Assembly (NCBI GenBank): GCA_002633005.1 | Contig: NMRA01000019.1 | Span: 173,555-237,554, forward strand | Direction of reading: 5' to 3' | Origin: Phoronis australis | Taxonomy: Eukaryota > Animalia > Phoronida | DNA length: 64,000 bases | In this document: one piece after another, positions 60,201 to 64,000 of the stretch | Numbering within the stretch: the first letter of the stretch is position 1 | Layout of the letters: every line of letters begins with the position of its first letter | Translations under genes and position numbers: made by a program | Notes under the pieces: model-generated | What the model was told of the DNA's origin: nothing | Seen by the model: the letters and a program-made list of their open reading frames with translations, nothing else | The model's database searches: none

Positions 60201-61526
60201 ACCTGGCATCAAACTGGTTGTCAAAATGCAGGCATGTTTTATCGGACTATTGCCCAATGCAGCTAGCCTACTGTATGTGGTAATAAAGCCAAATAATTTT
60301 ATGCACCATTAACCAGTCAGCATTTAACTGAATTGTGGGTTGTTAAAACTATACTGCGGAGGGTGGCAGAGTAATGAGTCAAAAGAGTAACTTAAAATAA
60401 ATAAGAAAATAGCATGTCAAGCCCTATGTACATTTTAACCAATGAATAATATTAAATGCATATTTCTCATTTAGTAAAAACAATTCAAAACTTTGCAAAC
60501 AAAAGTATGGTCACCGATCGATAAGTTCACACCTGACAAAAATGAGTATTGGAAACTAGCATAGACACAGAGACAATGTAGGCTGTGTGTCTAAGGAAAC
60601 AAGTGAACAACGCAGTAATTACCAAAAAATGACTCAATTTCTTCTTGCCCAATGACAATAAAAATTTCAGTGCAACAATTGGTAGCTAAATTAGAATTTT
60701 CCTTTCGCAGCATGTTTTAACATGCTGTAAATTGGTTAAAACCCTCTGAAACTCGTTTGCCTTTTCCACTAAGTTTGTGAAACAAGCTCAAGACTTTCGC
60801 CATAACTTCTTTTGACACAACTTGCTTCAAATAATCCAGCTTTGTATGATGTATTGGCATATGAGATTCCAGTACTACAACGTGAAGGAGTTATCTAATT
60901 AATTTTTATGAACGGGGGCCAATTATTGATGGGTTATAAGTAGGCGATACTTGAAAATTTTAGTATCCCTTGATCTGCCAACTTAAGTTGCGCATAACTA
61001 TTATTACACAAAAATCTTTGCATTGAGAATGCTAGAGGTGAGACAAAAAGCTAAAAACATTAGGAAAAATGCTTCCATGGGCACAATAACTGGCACTAGT
61101 AATGAGAAAAAAAATACAAAATCTCACCAAAGTAGGAGATATATTTGAGAATTTTAACGTGTCGTCTAATTTAGAGCCTTCTGCTCTTGCCTGGTCAGCT
61201 GCCGCACTTCATCTGATCACAGCAATCGACAGTTCCTTAAGTTTAGATCTTTTTAACTCTTGGCCAGTTAGGGTGAAGCCTGTTCAACACAATTTCACCA
61301 CAAATGACAAAACTGTGATCTTGACAAGATTTCGTAATTGCTTAGAAAACTATATTGCATTTTTCCTGACACTTGGGATAGAGAAGTCACACAAACAGCT
61401 CAAGATTCTTCTTACAGAGCAAAAATACAAACACAGTTTTCATGAGTAATGAAACCAAATGTCACTTAAGTCATCCATATATCAATTCTTGAGTCATCCT
61501 TCAGTCAAAATTTACCATGGGTAGAT

Positions 61527-61676
61527 CTAATCCCAACTGCCAAAACTTCCACAGGAGCCCCAGCTGCCGCTGGACCATGAACCCCAGCTACCCCTATGCC
61601 CCCATNCCCCAGCCCCCACCCCAACCTCCGGTCATCCTTCCCAGAGCGTAGCCAGCCAAAGCACCACCTGCAGCAC
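61527..61676 (-). CDS. Terminal coding exon of the same uncharacterised G/W/S-rich protein
   Basis: Minus strand TTTTTCAG|(G)AAGGALAGYALGRMTGGWGGGWGWGHRGSWGSWSSGSWGSCGSFGSWD*. The frame is continuous only if the single N at 61606 is removed. Confidence 0.75.
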
Positions 61677-62868
61677 CTGAAAAATGCAAGGACACACCAT
61701 GCACATTTCATGACACACTTGTGTTCACGGAGAAAACCTTGATGCTCATGATAGCAATGACGTACTTGTCTGCAGTTTAAATTGAGACATTAAAAATTGG
61801 GAATGATTATTGTTGGGCGATTTTAAGTCCAGATGCCTCTGGGTTAGCATTGCGCATAACAGTGGCCGGGGATATTTGAACCTTGTCTGTTCATTAGCAG
61901 ATGTAGAAGTTAATGAATGCGACGAATCTGTGTAATGATACTGGGGTCATCATATTACCAGTACACGTTGTACCAGACGTGCGTAGGCCACTCGGATGGG
62001 CCCATTGCATTGATCACCTGGAACCATTTTTATGCCTTATAATCATCAAGTGCAGGCTGTGATAAGACAGTTATCGACGTAAGCCATTGTACTCCTGACA
62101 AGCAAAGAATAACAGACACAATGTTTCTTAGGTTCATACAGAAATCTGAAGTACAATAGAAAATTCCAAAAATTATTTGACTTCAATTTCAAATACTAGA
62201 CCCCGGGTCCTAGGTTCTCACAACAATGTAAGACCTTGAAAATCTGAGTGAGTGAGATTTTACCATAGTCATATCGAGAGTTGTTTCTGTGGGTGAAAAT
62301 AGTTAACTTAGAGAAAACAAGATTGAAGCAGTTTTAAACTAAAAAACAAAAACGTATGAACTCCATCACAACCTCAGTAGAATGATAGAAAACCAAAAGT
62401 GTCACCTTTCCATAATTCACTTGATTTTTGTAAAGCTTCATCAAATTAAACCAAAACATTTGACACTCGCCAATGTGTGGCATGGGATGCCCCAAGGTAA
62501 TAGTCGTGTTACCTGAACTGTTCCCAATGCACCTCTAACCAGGAAGACATTAAGGTTGTCTTCCTGTTGTGACGAATAATTTTACATAGTATGGTAAAAA
62601 TTGTTCAGTTTGGAACACAGTATGGCAGACAGGTGAAATTTGATTTTGTCCTCAATGAAACTAACTTTTCAAGAAAATTTACTTTGCTTTTAACATGGTT
62701 TTTATGGCGTAGCTATTACCAGACATTTGGTAACATTTTGAGCATTTGCCGTAATGTAGTAAGCTTCTGAAAATTAGAAATACGGCAATTTTAGCAATTA
62801 TTTTGTCCCAAATTGAAGAATTTTTAGCGTAGCATTGATACTGTGTATTGGAGAGTTGTTGTACTGAC

Positions 62869-62973
62869 CGGTTAACATGTCTTTTTTGTTCCTCTTTTTC
62901 TTCTGTTTCACTACAACAGTAGTCTGAGGCTGAGCTGTAGCATAGCCTGGCTGTTGCTGATAGTGCGGATTAC
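62869..62973 (-). CDS. Penultimate exon of an uncharacterised Q/P/Y-rich, G/W/S-rich protein (5' exons not identified, probably beyond the window)
   Basis: Minus strand CTTGTAG|(G)NPHYQQQPGYATAQPQTTVVVKQKKKRNKKDMLT(G)|GTCAGT; 105 nt, phase 1 to phase 1. Confidence 0.75.
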
Positions 62974-64000
62974 CTACAAGACACGGCCAACTGTAAAAAT
63001 GGCTCTATGACGAGATTACAGAATTACAAGTTATGCCTCTAAGTCAAAAAATGCTTTTAAGCTTAAACAAGAGCAACCCAGAGAAGATTCATTAAAACTT
63101 GTTGGATATTGTGATGGGCACAAAAAGAAAATAGCCACAAAGGGTGCCACAGTAGTCAGACCTGTCCAAAATCAATGGCACCAAAGATCTCAATCCGATT
63201 TCATAAGTTCAAATCTCATAATTTAAAGATCCATCTATGTCTCATTAGCAATCTATTTGGCAAATTTCTTAAAAACACACCAAAGAGTTTGGTTTATGCA
63301 ATAGCAACTAAAATTGCCACTAAGGGGAACAATAGTTGGAACTGACAATTGTCAACTACACATCTCATGAAGATCCCGATAAGGTTTAGGAGATACAGCA
63401 GCAGATGATGGATACCAGAGTTGAATGCAATATGTGGGCGCATGAAAATTCAAATAATGTGTCTTATTACAGTAACAGTGCCTCTCTTAAATTAATCTAC
63501 AGTGCCAAAATCAGATCAATTCAGCAGAGTACACTGTGTTATTTCTTCACAACTGACTGAAATGATTAACTTGAATGTATTTTGCACTGTGTGTGTACTG
63601 TTCTGAATAATGCAATCACAAACTAGAATCAAGTATTTCTTAATGACAACTTCTAATGCCATAAGTGCTCCTATGGCAACTTCTAAACATACTCCATCAA
63701 TGAAAGTCAACACAGAAAAGAGCTCAAACTGGAGTTGCACCATAGCGACCATAGTCATGTGAGCAATGAATAAACAAGTTGCCGCTTTTGTATAAGAATC
63801 TCCAGCACAGCAGATCACTTGAAGGCTGTAATTCAATTTCACTGGCCACTTAAAACACTATGTCATGAAGCTGCTGACGTTTAAGTAGACACTCAGGTGT
63901 TCTACAGGTGATTATTACGAAAGGTCATCGACAGAAGCAGTTTACTGAGCATGCGCAACAACTCAGCTAGCCTGCCCATTGAACATCACTGTTTGTGAAC

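Noticed and set aside
62072-62564. Extra minus-strand exon candidates (EDNLNVFLVRGALGTVQ near 62514-62564; EYNGLRR* near 62072-62095) inside the G/W/S gene intron
   Set aside because: They read sensibly only in phase 0, whereas the flanking exons are phase 1; no supporting homology.

Overview
AT-rich animal genomic DNA with spliceosomal introns and three N gaps. The 8-cysteine insulin suggests a lophotrochozoan invertebrate (inference). Three complete genes could be spliced by hand on the + strand: NHP2 (H/ACA snoRNP subunit, 4 exons, 7625-17215, 148 aa), a molluscan-type 8-Cys insulin-related prepropeptide (2 coding exons, 30629-31898, 175 aa) and an AKR1-family aldo-keto reductase (8 exons, 46973-58023, 317 aa). 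The - strand carries the last two exons of an uncharacterised Q/P/Y-rich, then G/W/S-rich protein (61527-62973) and a probable first exon of a gene head-to-head with NHP2 (7324-7365). The rest is dense in decayed mobile DNA: a TTAA-flanked Kolobok-type element holding two mirror-image THAP + Cys-rich modules, hAT elements with apparent 5-bp target duplications, a CACAGG-ended foldback MITE family sitting just inside intron 1 of both NHP2 and the AKR gene, an RNase H-bearing LINE fragment, tRNA-derived repeats and minisatellites. Two gaps are flanked by near-duplicate sequence that looks like uncollapsed haplotypes. Most ORFs in the supplied track are spurious. All family assignments come from motif recognition by eye, not database searches.
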